From: a virus
Lineage: Duplodnaviria > Caudoviricetes
DNA length: 64,000 nt
Reading direction: 5' to 3' (one strand)
IMG/VR virus record: IMGVR_UViG_3300032227_000993
The translations under genes were made by a program, and so were the position numbers. Shown piece by piece: positions 38,267 to 48,431 of the stretch (its first letter is position 1; each line of letters opens with the position of its first letter). The notes beneath the pieces were generated by a model. It was not told the origin of the DNA, did not search any database, and saw only the letters and a program-made list of their open reading frames with translations.

Positions 38267-39936
38267 TGTATATGGGCAATTTCTTTCAAAGTCAATTTTT
38301 TACTTTTATAAACTTTAACACATTCTGATCTATTTGTATAGTCCAATTTGCCCTTTCCCCATAATATTGGACTGTCGTGGAATTTGGCCGCATAAGGCAA
38401 CATGACGTCTAAATAACGACCGTTGCCTGTGCCCAGAGTCACAAAGGTCACATGATTTTTAGGGCCACTACGAAACACACGATAGTTAGCCACCAGCCCT
38501 AAAAATTCAACTTGTCCAGGTGTGCGTACTTCGGTACAGGCCGGTATGAATCGCTCACTGGACCAGCGTCCGGTAGCGGCCAGCTCAGCACATTCGCCGC
38601 CGGTGGTTATGCTGGGCACAGCGCCGGCCAGTTTGGCTTCTTGCCAGTAGACCCAGCGACTGTAACTGCCTTGACAGTGGCGCAGGCAAGCAGACCAAAA
38701 TGCCTCAGGGTTGTGTGCCTTGTGATAGGCCAAGGCCCAGATCAGTCGCCCCAGATTGGTGGCATGAGCACGGCACAGACCAAAGTGACTGAGCTCACGC
38801 AGGGCCGATAGTACAGCATCGCGCCGGGGGTGATCGCCAATCAACTGCATAAACTCATAGATTTTTTCTTCATTTTTCTTGGCAAATGCTCGGCGCCACA
38901 TATCGGCGGTGTATTGGTCACATTGCAGAATTTGGCTGATCAGCTGGATTGCGTCATCTTCAAACACTATGGTACCGTCTAGAGTGTCTTGACTGAAATC
39001 TTGAAAGGCCGACGCTTTGCGGCGTCCTTGTGTGGCCACGGGTCGTATCAGGGCCGTGGCCAAGGTACAATCGCTTTTACTAGAGACTCTAAGTGCGCGG
39101 AAAAGTCGTTTCATAGCAGGACTTTCGCCTTGTGTTACTCCTAACACATCACCGCGTGCCAATAACGCACTGGTAGCTTCGTCATATTCTGGATAATCAG
39201 CCAGTGGCCGTTGATCTATGTCCCATAGCTGGCTTAATCCACGATTGGCCAGGATGTCTATTTTGAAATGTTCAAGATCTTCTACTTCATATTTGTCTAG
39301 TAAGATCTGATTTTCGCCATTGATTAAACTTCGAGGAACAGCACGATCAAATATTATAATACCGCCGCAATGCTTTGATATACAACGTTTTTTACCTAGC
39401 AATTTATTAGTTATTCTGTTGGCTTCGGCTATTTCTTCTGGGGGTAATACTTGATCAAATTCAAATCCTCGTTTTAGTGTGCCTTTGGCACCTAATCTTT
39501 TGGCAGCCTCTCTACGAGCCGATTTTTCTTTGTACATGACATAGTTGCTGACTCTAGCACTTTGACCAGGCCAACGATGGAATATGCGATTCATTACCGT
39601 GGCCTGTTGCCAATGCGGAAAGTCTAAATCAATATCAGGCAAATCATCTCGTTTAGGATTCATGAAACGAGCCAAGGGTATGCGTTCAGCAACCGGATCT
39701 ATGTCACTAATGCCCATTAGCCAACATATCAAACTAGACCCTGCGCTACCTCTAGTGATATGTGGGATATCTCGAGTAAGATCAAGTATTTCTCTTACAC
39801 GTAAAAAATGTTTTGCAAAACCTAATTGTGCTACAAGTTCTAATTCTTCTTGTAATCTTATTTCATATTCTTCAATGTTGGGTAGGGGTCTAGTAAATTT
39901 TTTAATTAAAGTTTCAAGCGGTTCATATCTGTCCAT
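38263..39936 (-). CDS. dnaE: Compact C-family DNA polymerase (DnaE alpha-like) lacking the PHP domain
   Basis: RGSAGSSL, RFMNPKRDDLPDIDLDF, SKHCGG, FKIDIL and RAHA motifs; OB-like C-terminus; begins at the YEIRLQEEL helix that follows the PHP domain in full-length DnaE. Confidence 0.9.
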   Translation of the reverse strand: MDRYEPLETLIKKFTRPLPNIEEYEIRLQEELELVAQLGFAKHFLRVREILDLTRDIPHITRGSAGSSLICWLMGISDIDPVAERIPLARFMNPKRDDLPDIDLDFPHWQQATVMNRIFHRWPGQSARVSNYVMYKEKSARREAAKRLGAKGTLKRGFEFDQVLPPEEIAEANRITNKLLGKKRCISKHCGGIIIFDRAVPRSLINGENQILLDKYEVEDLEHFKIDILANRGLSQLWDIDQRPLADYPEYDEATSALLARGDVLGVTQGESPAMKRLFRALRVSSKSDCTLATALIRPVATQGRRKASAFQDFSQDTLDGTIVFEDDAIQLISQILQCDQYTADMWRRAFAKKNEEKIYEFMQLIGDHPRRDAVLSALRELSHFGLCRAHATNLGRLIWALAYHKAHNPEAFWSACLRHCQGSYSRWVYWQEAKLAGAVPSITTGGECAELAATGRWSSERFIPACTEVRTPGQVEFLGLVANYRVFRSGPKNHVTFVTLGTGNGRYLDVMLPYAAKFHDSPILWGKGKLDYTNRSECVKVYKSKKLTLKEIAHIQ

Positions 39937-40005
39937 GGATGCCTTTGGTGTGATGTTTTTTTTGATGCCTTACCAAGATATTTATTGACAGATATTTTGG
40001 TCAAC

Positions 40006-40029
40006 AAAAAACCTGCCAAAGCAGGTTTT
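40006..40029. terminator. Intrinsic terminator upstream of the dnaE promoter
   Basis: aaaaaacctgc-caaa-gcaggtttt. Confidence 0.8.
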
Positions 40030-40091
40030 CTAAAACAAAGTAATTCTCTGATTAAGAGAAAGACAAATTTTGAATGCCTTGCGGTGCTTGA

Positions 40092-41219
40092 TTATGCTCC
40101 AACAGGTGTTACAGTAACAATAATACTGGGACTTGCTGGATAGCCAACTGTGACATTTCCTGCCAGGGTTGGAAATCTAAAGTTAGTATTAGTTGCTGCA
40201 TAGGCTATTTCATAGTAGTCGCCAGCGGCGGTCACATTGGCCATGATATTCCAACTTTGGACTGTTTGAACAGTATTATCTAAAGTAAAAAATCCGCCTG
40301 TATCGGGAACGGCTGTGCCGTTTTTCTTGAACCATATGTATGCTGTAGAGCCGCCGCCGCCCACAGTTTTGTCAATCTGTGCGCTGAACTGGATGTTGTA
40401 CAAGCCAGTTTTATTAATAATAATACGACTGTTACTGGCACCTGTACCCAACTGTATATTATTGTGCCCGTCGGTATTGTTTAATAAAAAGTTATAGGCT
40501 GTGTTGGCCGAAGCTACAGTTTGTGTGAGATTACTCCAAAATTGTCCGTAAGCTGGTGTATAACTGATGTTGCCCGAAACTGATAAATTACCGAGTAAGG
40601 TCACATTACCAGTGGCTGGATCAGCATCATTAAATGGATCAATAATGATATCGCCAATACCGGCCACTGAGTTTGAAGATAGATACAACTCGTTGTCGGT
40701 GGTTGCCAAGGCTGAAGTGTTTACCAATGGTGTGGCAATGTTCACAGCTGAAAACAAAGTGTCGCCCAACACTGATAAGTTTCCACTGATTTCTGTAACA
40801 GTGGAACTGACAACTACAGAATTGTTGGAGCCGGCAATGTTGAGTGTGATATTGCCCGAGTTGGCCAGGGTAAGTGTGGTGTTGCCGGCTATTAGGTTTG
40901 CTTGTAATCCAGGAACCCCGTTGACTTGTAGTACGCCGTTGAAAACTGTAAGTTCAGCTGTGAGATTACTGGCCACATTTGAGTCGGTGATGTAAATTGT
41001 TCCTGGGCCTAGCCATAAGTTGGCCCAACGATTAGTGGCGTTGCCCAAGAAATAGGTGTTGTCAGCAGCAGGAGTAATGTTGCCAGCTGTGGTGTTTACA
41101 TAGGTTTTGAGTGTAGACCCACTCACGTGATATGTTGCGCCTGAGGAGTCAGTGGGCAACAATGACGTATCTGTCATGGTGGTTAAGTTAGGTAAGCCTG
41201 TGATATTTACGTTTGCCAT
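40092..41219 (-). CDS. Fibre/decoration protein with C1q/TNF-like (BclA-C-like) C-terminal domain
   Basis: SRIIINKTGLYNIQFSAQI...IWFKKNG...GDYYEI motif. Confidence 0.65.
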   Translation of the reverse strand: MANVNITGLPNLTTMTDTSLLPTDSSGATYHVSGSTLKTYVNTTAGNITPAADNTYFLGNATNRWANLWLGPGTIYITDSNVASNLTAELTVFNGVLQVNGVPGLQANLIAGNTTLTLANSGNITLNIAGSNNSVVVSSTVTEISGNLSVLGDTLFSAVNIATPLVNTSALATTDNELYLSSNSVAGIGDIIIDPFNDADPATGNVTLLGNLSVSGNISYTPAYGQFWSNLTQTVASANTAYNFLLNNTDGHNNIQLGTGASNSRIIINKTGLYNIQFSAQIDKTVGGGGSTAYIWFKKNGTAVPDTGGFFTLDNTVQTVQSWNIMANVTAAGDYYEIAYAATNTNFRFPTLAGNVTVGYPASPSIIVTVTPVGA

Positions 41220-41231
41220 TTTATTTTTCCG

Positions 41232-41381
41232 TTAAAGTGTTACCAAGTCATCGCCAGAAAGCGTGACCAGTTGGTCGCCAGCAAGCGTAACAAGATTTTG
41301 AGGAGCAGGTGGGGTCACAGCAAAATTTCCAATGCTAATGCCGCCGCCAATTTCAATACCTCCACCTATCGCTATCGCCAT
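41232..41381 (-). CDS. 49-aa micro-protein (not in the ORF track)
   Basis: MAIAIGGGIEIGGGISIGNFAVTPPAPQNLVTLAGDQLVTLSGDDLVTL; TAAATA at 41407-41412 and an AGGA SD upstream. Confidence 0.7.
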   Translation of the reverse strand: MAIAIGGGIEIGGGISIGNFAVTPPAPQNLVTLAGDQLVTLSGDDLVTL

Positions 41382-41426
41382 GATTCGGATTCCTGTTATT
41401 ATATTGTATTTAGCTGTTTTTACAGT

Positions 41427-42200
41427 TTACACCGTGCCAGCGAGCGTAGGCGCTATAACGGGCTTATGTTTACACTTGTCGCCGTGAAAAGCGTTGTATC
41501 TTGCTTTGCTTGCTTGTACTGGGCAATACGGACATTGTATTTTTGTTTGGGTGTAATGTTTACCTTCTGCTATTAGTTTAGCTACGGTGGCACTAATAGC
41601 ATCGCCTTGCTTTTTAGGTTTAGCTTTTCCTTTTGTGCCTTTAGATATTGCGTCTCGCTGTTGTTTACTCATTGGGCCGCGGGCTTTTCCTTTAAGCGAT
41701 TTAGAAATATTTTCTTTTTGTTCAGCTGTTCTTTTTTGCCCGGTGCGTTTTGCTACACCTTTAGCAACAGACTCCGCACTCATTACTCTGCCCTCGGCTG
41801 CTTTTTTATTTTTTTCTATTTGGGCGACAGACGCTGGTACGCCTTTGTTATGAGCAGGGCGGCCTTTCATAGTAGCTGAATGTACTATTGAAAATTCTTT
41901 TTTAAGGTTCTCGTACACTCTGCTTGTAATTTTAGTTTCGTAGCGTTGAGTACAATGACCGTTGCGTTTCATTCCGTTTAACGCATAAATCATTTTTGCT
42001 CTTGCTTCGCCTTTTTGTGTTTTTACTAACAGCCAATGGCAAATAAAATGTTCCCTTGCTGTTAAATTTACTAAATTTTCTTTGTTATCACTCCCGCCCA
42101 AACTGACAGGAATAATATGGTGGCGTTCTGTGTAGCCATCTACGGTGCGTAGTTTAGCGTTTGATACAATAGAGTTATACCACTTTTCGTATTTGTTCAT
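41427..42200 (-). CDS. HNH homing endonuclease with NUMOD3-like repeats
   Basis: HHIIPVSLGGSD..ENLVNLTAREHFICHWLL; paralog of 5631..6305. Confidence 0.85.
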   Translation of the reverse strand: MNKYEKWYNSIVSNAKLRTVDGYTERHHIIPVSLGGSDNKENLVNLTAREHFICHWLLVKTQKGEARAKMIYALNGMKRNGHCTQRYETKITSRVYENLKKEFSIVHSATMKGRPAHNKGVPASVAQIEKNKKAAEGRVMSAESVAKGVAKRTGQKRTAEQKENISKSLKGKARGPMSKQQRDAISKGTKGKAKPKKQGDAISATVAKLIAEGKHYTQTKIQCPYCPVQASKARYNAFHGDKCKHKPVIAPTLAGTV

Positions 42201-42245
42201 AATAGTATTTAGTATAGTTTAACATTCACGTAATATTATGTCAAC

Positions 42246-42270
42246 AAAAAACCCACCGAAGTGGGTTTTT
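42246..42270. terminator. Intrinsic terminator after the major capsid gene
   Basis: aaaaaacccac-cgaa-gtgggttttt (UUCG tetraloop on the minus strand). Confidence 0.9.
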
Positions 42271-42317
42271 GTTTGTTGCTTTGTTGTCCAAATACTTTGG
42301 ACAAAACTTTTCGTTGA

Positions 42318-43514
42318 TTAACTAAACGAGAGGTTTTGTACCGCAATTTCACCAACATAGTCTGCTGCATTTCCAAAGGAACTGGCAGTATTCGTGAGTT
42401 CGACGAATCCGTAGCGTGTCATAAATGATACGACTGGTTCGAAAGTTGTTGGATCCAATACAACACCACTACTCATCAGGGGAATGTATGGGCAATAGAA
42501 CGCAGCGGCATCAGCCTCTGAAGAACCTTTGTAACCAACCAATACTGATTGTGTATCTGGAGCATAGCTGTTTACAAACACACGGAGTGCGCCATTCAAT
42601 GTACCAACAAACTTGGTGTTTGTAGGAGCTTCAAATGTGCCTTCTGTTGTGCGAGCAAAAGCACTAGTTGTAGCAGATTGCAATACTGTTAAAGCAGCTG
42701 AACTAACAACAGCCCAGTTACCAGCGCCACGACGTGTGCGCTGAGCGATCAAGTTAGCAACGCGGTTGATCAACACAGCCAAAGCTGCATGCTCATCACC
42801 CACGAATGTTGCTGTACCAGATACAGTAGCTTGGTTGTATGTGTACTCAGTAGCAGCCAAAGCACTCAATGACAAGAGGATCTCTTGGTCGATCTCAGCA
42901 GTAATTTCTTGTGCGAGAGCAGCCATGATTTCAGCTTCTACGTCAATACCGTGCATAGCTTGTGCGTCTTGAGCAGATTCAAATGTCCAACGAGCTTGTA
43001 ACTTACGTGTCTTTGCTTCAACAGCTTGTTTCAAGATCTGGATACTGATCTGCTTACCGCCTGTACCTTCCATTGTACTTGTGTTGTTACCAGTATAACC
43101 AGTAGCAGTTGTAGTACCTTGTGGAACTGTAGAGTATGCTGTAGCAATGGTGAATGGGCTTAGGGCTTCTTGACCAGCTGTTACAGATGTTGCGGCTAAA
43201 CTATTGTCAGTCAAAGACTGAGCATAGCGTACACGCAATGTGTGGATTTGGGATACTGGGCCAGTCATTGGCTGTACACCAACCAACTCGTTAGCGATAA
43301 CGGTTGGCATTACACGACGGATAACTGGAAGAATCACACGATTCAAAGTAGCGATGTTACCACTAGCTGTTGAACCTGCTGATGCGTTTTCTTTCAAATA
43401 CTTACGTGTGTTTTCGAGGATAACACTCATTGAGTTACGCTTAGAACCTTGCAAACCTTCTAAGAGTGCGTCTTTAGTGTCGCCCCAACGGCTTTCTAAT
43501 AAATCTTGTGACAT
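42318..43514 (-). CDS. gp23: Major capsid protein
   Basis: RRVMPTVIANELVGVQPMTGP, VEAKTRKLQARWT.E.AQD, FYCPYIPL motifs. Confidence 0.97.
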   Translation of the reverse strand: MSQDLLESRWGDTKDALLEGLQGSKRNSMSVILENTRKYLKENASAGSTASGNIATLNRVILPVIRRVMPTVIANELVGVQPMTGPVSQIHTLRVRYAQSLTDNSLAATSVTAGQEALSPFTIATAYSTVPQGTTTATGYTGNNTSTMEGTGGKQISIQILKQAVEAKTRKLQARWTFESAQDAQAMHGIDVEAEIMAALAQEITAEIDQEILLSLSALAATEYTYNQATVSGTATFVGDEHAALAVLINRVANLIAQRTRRGAGNWAVVSSAALTVLQSATTSAFARTTEGTFEAPTNTKFVGTLNGALRVFVNSYAPDTQSVLVGYKGSSEADAAAFYCPYIPLMSSGVVLDPTTFEPVVSFMTRYGFVELTNTASSFGNAADYVGEIAVQNLSFS

Positions 43515-43544
43515 TTAAGTCTCCTTTTTCTAATATCTTTTAAA

Positions 43545-44645
43545 TTACAGCCCTGCCAACCGCTTCAAGTCGATAACGTTGCTGTTTTCTTCAGCTTCAC
43601 TATCTTGCTCTTGGACACGGGCAGATTTATCGCCAGTTACTTCAGACAATGACTCAGTGATTACTTTATGGGCTTTCACTGCGCGACTTTCCAAAACAGC
43701 CGGTAGATACTTTTCGAATGCGTTTTTCAAACGTGGAGTTTGAACGCTTTCGAGTAAATTACGCATAACTTCTGCTTTCTCTTCGTTAAGAGGAGCCAAC
43801 AGTTCGTCTAATGTAGCTTGACGCTGATTAGATTCTTTAAGAATACGTACTTCACGTTCTTTGGATTCAACTAAGACAGTTGCTTTCTTAGCGAATTTGA
43901 TGGCTTCAGCAATCTTTTGATCTTTCTGAGCAATAGTGTTGTGTAACTTGCGAACTTCCGCTTTCTCATTTAAATGAGTTGCGCCAAATTCTGCACTGTA
44001 TGCTTCAAAAATACGACGTCCAAAATTGTTCTCGCGAGCAACTTGGATATCTTCTTTCAATTGACTGAGTTCAGCCTTGAGGTGTTTGGAAACAACTTGT
44101 GTCATCTTTTCAGCAGATTCTTTTACGAAACGGCTCTTCAAACTTTCCAACTGGCCACGTGCTTGAGAAACTAAGCGAACTTTGGTTTCTACAACATCAC
44201 GCTTGTCAGCGGCAAATTCTTGGATTTCACGAGCTAACGCATGAACGATGAAACCTTCCAATTTCTGGAGGCCTTCGTTATGTGTTTTACGGTCTCTGCG
44301 CAATTCGCCAATTTCTTCTGCCAATTTAGAAACCATGAAGCCGTTGAACTTGGCTGCTGATTCTTTCATTGTGCGTTGGAAGTTAACGCGGTCTTCGGCA
44401 AGTGCTTGCTTTTCAGCACGTACTTGCTCAACTTCTGCGATGAGACTTTCTGTTACCATACGATCAAGGGCTTCGACCATCACTTGTTTGTCATGCTCAT
44501 AGCGTTGTGCAAACTCTTCGCGGAGTTCTGCACGTGCGGCTTCTTTGGCTTCAACAATCTTGGCTTCCCAAGCTTCGTTGATTTCAGCTTTCGCTTCCTC
44601 AGTAACCAGCTCACTATCTAATAACGGCTTTAGTGCGTCTAGCAT
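43545..44645 (-). CDS. gp22: Prohead scaffolding protein (start revised to MLDALKP)
   Basis: Coiled-coil E/K-rich protein between gp21 and gp23; GRRIFEAY motif. Confidence 0.85.
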   Translation of the reverse strand: MLDALKPLLDSELVTEEAKAEINEAWEAKIVEAKEAARAELREEFAQRYEHDKQVMVEALDRMVTESLIAEVEQVRAEKQALAEDRVNFQRTMKESAAKFNGFMVSKLAEEIGELRRDRKTHNEGLQKLEGFIVHALAREIQEFAADKRDVVETKVRLVSQARGQLESLKSRFVKESAEKMTQVVSKHLKAELSQLKEDIQVARENNFGRRIFEAYSAEFGATHLNEKAEVRKLHNTIAQKDQKIAEAIKFAKKATVLVESKEREVRILKESNQRQATLDELLAPLNEEKAEVMRNLLESVQTPRLKNAFEKYLPAVLESRAVKAHKVITESLSEVTGDKSARVQEQDSEAEENSNVIDLKRLAGL

Positions 44646-44646
44646 T

Positions 44647-45300
44647 TTATTTCCCTTCAATCTTGAGACCACGTATCAAACGAATTACTTCGTTTTGAAC
44701 GTATCTCTGTGCTTTATTGCTCTTAGCTGGGTCCTTGTACATTTCCAAAATCTTTTGTCCGCCGGTATGATTTAACAAACCTTCGTAAATTGCTGTTGGA
44801 TAAGCATTGGGAGCACTTGGCTGAGCAACTACATCAACAGTGACTATTTCAAAGTCACTGACGTGTCCATTAGCGTCGTTTACATTTCCAGATCCACGAC
44901 TGCTAACACCTAATTTAACACCACTGTCTAACATGGTCTTGACCAGTTGGCCCATTGGTGTAGGTAATATCTTGAGTTTGCCATAGCCACAAGGACCATC
45001 CATCCACATATTTTCAATCATGTGACTCACACGATCCAAATTAATCTTCAAGTCATCTGGGTGATCTACTTCACCCAACACAGAGTGACCTGTTTTAATT
45101 TGTTCGTTGATGGTGCCTACTGCTTTGGCGATTTCATTCACAGGATATACACGCTCATTTGCATTGCGAACTCCGCCTTCAATGCAAATACCCTTCATGT
45201 AAAGGGTCTTACCAGAACCATCAGCGGCTTCCTCAGTCAAAAGTTCTACTTTTGCCTGAGAGAAGCTTAGATGTTCCTTAAGATAAGTGTTGCGAGCCAT
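44647..45300 (-). CDS. gp21: Prohead protease
   Basis: NANERVYP, LGEVDHP, GVSSRGSG and D.VA.PSAPNAYP motifs. Confidence 0.95.
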   Translation of the reverse strand: MARNTYLKEHLSFSQAKVELLTEEAADGSGKTLYMKGICIEGGVRNANERVYPVNEIAKAVGTINEQIKTGHSVLGEVDHPDDLKINLDRVSHMIENMWMDGPCGYGKLKILPTPMGQLVKTMLDSGVKLGVSSRGSGNVNDANGHVSDFEIVTVDVVAQPSAPNAYPTAIYEGLLNHTGGQKILEMYKDPAKSNKAQRYVQNEVIRLIRGLKIEGK

Positions 45301-45309
45301 ATCTATGGA

Positions 45310-46209
45310 TTAACCTTTTGGAAAAGGTGTGCGACTATTTGTACCTGCAGCCTGTGTCATTGTTGGCTTTGGTGCGGCTTCTAACTTGCTACCGTCTTTG
45401 GCTGGAGTATTTTTAAAACTACCTGCGCCTTTTACGGATGTTTCGCCTTTACTGTACTCATTGCTTGGCTTTTTGTAAGCTGATGTACCATCTGGATTTG
45501 CTTCAGAAGCTACATTGCGTACTGGCTTTGCGGCCATTCCAGCTGCGCCAGAGTTGGCTGCCACTGGGGACTTAGAATTAGCACCGTTGTCGCCGTGTGT
45601 TGGGTTAGCAACTTTAGCTAAACTGATGTTTTCTGTCATTGGCACGTCTTGAAATTCGCTTGTATCATCTTGAGCGTATGCGTCGCCGCCTACTTCGTCG
45701 TCAATACTGATCATTTCTTCGCCGGATTCTTCGCCTGTGTCGTCGCCTAACAATGCTTCAAATTCAGCCATCAATTCGTCTAACTTATCTTCTAAGTCAA
45801 CAACGCGATCTTCCATGTCGCCTTCTTCAGCGTCATGATCATGTTCCATATCTTTGGTTTCTTCTTCGCCAGCTTCTTCGGCTTCGTCGTCAAATTCTGC
45901 GTCAGACTCTTCTGTCATGCCTGATTCATCAGTGTCAACATCAGCGATCAAATCATCAGCTGCGTCGCCGCCCATATCTTCATCAGCACGTTCTTTTTTG
46001 TCTTCTGCATCATCATACTCGATGTCTTTTTTAACTTCTTTGGCAGCACGTTCTGCGTGATCGTCTTCTTCTGCGTCAGACTCTTCGTTCATTAGGTTCT
46101 CATAGATTTCGCGTGATTTCTCAACTACGATATCATGGAATAATTCTTTAGCTTTCGCTTCTTCATCGTTAATTACATACTCAATTAACTGTTCAAATTT
46201 CGATGTCAT
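45310..46209 (-). CDS. Acidic prohead core-like protein
   Basis: D/E-rich protein in the position of T4 gp67/gp68 between portal and protease. Confidence 0.6.
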   Translation of the reverse strand: MTSKFEQLIEYVINDEEAKAKELFHDIVVEKSREIYENLMNEESDAEEDDHAERAAKEVKKDIEYDDAEDKKERADEDMGGDAADDLIADVDTDESGMTEESDAEFDDEAEEAGEEETKDMEHDHDAEEGDMEDRVVDLEDKLDELMAEFEALLGDDTGEESGEEMISIDDEVGGDAYAQDDTSEFQDVPMTENISLAKVANPTHGDNGANSKSPVAANSGAAGMAAKPVRNVASEANPDGTSAYKKPSNEYSKGETSVKGAGSFKNTPAKDGSKLEAAPKPTMTQAAGTNSRTPFPKG

Positions 46210-46316
46210 TTATTTCTCCTTTAGAATGGCTCGTGCTGTATTTACACCTATATTATAATATAGGTGCTTTTAGTATGTAAAATTGGTTGTTTTTGTGGAC
46301 TTTTGTGTAGTTTTTG

Positions 46317-46535
46317 TTACACAACAGGTTCTGGTGGTGGCGCATATTGCATACGCACCAGTTTGAGTTTTTCTTTGTATTCAGCATTGCGAACATCGGA
46401 TAGTTCGCGTAATTTCTTGATTTGACGCAGAGTTAATCGTGTTTTACGTAGGTCTTTGAGCGTGGTTTGGCTGTTATCTTGCTCAAGATCTTGGTATGCG
46501 CTGGGGCTACGAGTGTAAAGTTCTGTAAGAATCAT
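46317..46535 (-). CDS. Small basic head-module protein
   Basis: RKTRLTLRQI.KLR motif; TAAATA 5 nt before the ATG. Confidence 0.7.
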   Translation of the reverse strand: MILTELYTRSPSAYQDLEQDNSQTTLKDLRKTRLTLRQIKKLRELSDVRNAEYKEKLKLVRMQYAPPPEPVV

Positions 46536-46562
46536 ACCAATATTTAGTTATTTTTTAGTAGA

Positions 46563-48392
46563 TTAGAGGCCTGCGCCAGTAGGTGCTGCGCCGGCTGTAG
46601 GGGTAGCCATGCCAGATGGAGGTGCTCCGCCTTCGGGTGCTCCGCCAATATCTCCGCCCATGTCTAGATCGCCGCCTAATTCTTCGCCGGTGGCAATGTC
46701 AGATTCCATGCCGCCTGGCGTTACACCCACGCTGCGTAGGTCTGAACCGGAGGCTGCAAGCTCTGGATTTTCACGTTCTTCACGCCATAACTGCTCGTTC
46801 TCAAGGATTTCTTCCTTGGTCAAGCCCAAATAGCGTTCTAATAAGAAACGTTTACTCAAGTATGGCAAGGGTTCTATGGCACTGAATGCTTGAATTCTGG
46901 TATTATCTAGCTCGACCTGACGGTAACTGGCAAAGTTTTGCGGTTCACACAGCTTGATATTAAACAAACCTGCGTCAATGTTAAAGCCTCTCCAAGACAA
47001 GAAGAGTTTAAATTCTGTGTCCAGCTTTTGCATGATGAGCTTCTGCAACCGTTCACAGTACTTGTTAAATCGATATTCTTGGATCAATGCTGTGCCTACT
47101 TTACCATCGTTCATGGTAGCGCCACTATCATCTGGTCCGGTTGGCAAATAGCTGCTTGGTACCCGTAATCCACGTGCCATTTTGTTGTTGAAGTATTTTA
47201 AATCGTCAATCTCACCTAGGTTTTGTCCGCCTGGAAGAACTTCAACTGAACTTCCACGACCTTCAGCAGTTTGTGGAAAGAAATAATCTTCATTGGTTGA
47301 CAATGGATTGTAACTTGCGTCCATCATATTGCCGCCGCCACCGGTTGTGGTAGGAATTCTGCGCTGATGCATTTCATTTTTGACACGTTCTACAAATTGC
47401 ATGGCCATGTGACTTGGCATATTGCCCACGTCAATCTTGAATAATCTGCGTTCTGGAGCACGTTGTACACGATAGATAAGCACAGCATCTTCTAACAGTT
47501 CTTTTTGTTTGTAAACTTTGTAGATGTTTTCTAGGATACTCTGTCCAAATGGCCAAAAGTAATCTAAGCCTTCATTCAAACTCAAATGTACGATGTGCTT
47601 GGCATCTAAACAGCTTTCATTCATGGCCTGTGTAAAGCGACTGTTGCCTACTCCGCCTCCACCGCCACCACCTGCTCCGCCGTTGGGCGCATTGTAGTTG
47701 TTGCCTGTGGTCACAGAGCCTGTGGCACGACTTACATAATAGTCTGATGTTGTTTTTGCTGCCATGCTCATGTTTTGAAAGTTAGGATTGATGTCGCGAA
47801 TAACATACTGCTCAGGACGTTTACCTTCTGATTCGTTGACAATAACACGGGCCACTTTGATCATGTCAATCCAGAACAGTTCAAATGTTTCAGGATCACG
47901 AACAAATATTTGATCGCCGTACTTGATAGTGTTACGGAATAACTTGAAAATGCGTTGATCAAGTTTATTCATTTTGGTCCATTGTTTTAATTGTTTTTTA
48001 ACAATTTCAATTTCATGATCTGATGGTTGATCATTAAAATCAATGTCAAATGGAGTTTGATTGTCTAAGTTGTTTTGTGTACTAAATTCAGCAATAATAT
48101 CCAAGCAGGCATTTACTTCTGAATCGCAATCCATATTTTCATATTGATTGTAGCGTTCTAAACGATTAGGGTGTCCTGAATACACTTCAGGCAGTCTGCT
48201 TGCGTAGTTACGAAAGGCAAAATCGTTACCGGTTCCAGATTCATAGTTAGAACCAGCGCGGTTGTAGCCAGGCAATCCCATGTTGTTTTTGCCTGAAATT
48301 GGGCTGAGTTGCCCTAATTGATTTACGTCAGCGACCTTAAAGTACTTGCGCCAACCGCCGTTGCGACCATTACGTCCGTTGTTATCTGCCAT
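46563..48392 (-). CDS. gp20: Portal protein
   Basis: LLEDAVLIYRVQRAPERRLFKIDVGNMP, EDYFFP...GRGSSVEVLPGGQNLGEIDD motifs. Confidence 0.95.
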   Translation of the reverse strand: MADNNGRNGRNGGWRKYFKVADVNQLGQLSPISGKNNMGLPGYNRAGSNYESGTGNDFAFRNYASRLPEVYSGHPNRLERYNQYENMDCDSEVNACLDIIAEFSTQNNLDNQTPFDIDFNDQPSDHEIEIVKKQLKQWTKMNKLDQRIFKLFRNTIKYGDQIFVRDPETFELFWIDMIKVARVIVNESEGKRPEQYVIRDINPNFQNMSMAAKTTSDYYVSRATGSVTTGNNYNAPNGGAGGGGGGGVGNSRFTQAMNESCLDAKHIVHLSLNEGLDYFWPFGQSILENIYKVYKQKELLEDAVLIYRVQRAPERRLFKIDVGNMPSHMAMQFVERVKNEMHQRRIPTTTGGGGNMMDASYNPLSTNEDYFFPQTAEGRGSSVEVLPGGQNLGEIDDLKYFNNKMARGLRVPSSYLPTGPDDSGATMNDGKVGTALIQEYRFNKYCERLQKLIMQKLDTEFKLFLSWRGFNIDAGLFNIKLCEPQNFASYRQVELDNTRIQAFSAIEPLPYLSKRFLLERYLGLTKEEILENEQLWREERENPELAASGSDLRSVGVTPGGMESDIATGEELGGDLDMGGDIGGAPEGGAPPSGMATPTAGAAPTGAGL

Positions 48393-48431
48393 AGTATATT
48401 ATTTAGCGTATTTTTTACGATACAATTTTAA

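Noticed and set aside
47650-47720. Gly-rich low-complexity insert in the portal protein
   Set aside because: It is in frame and most likely a flexible loop, with no evidence of an intein or mobile element.
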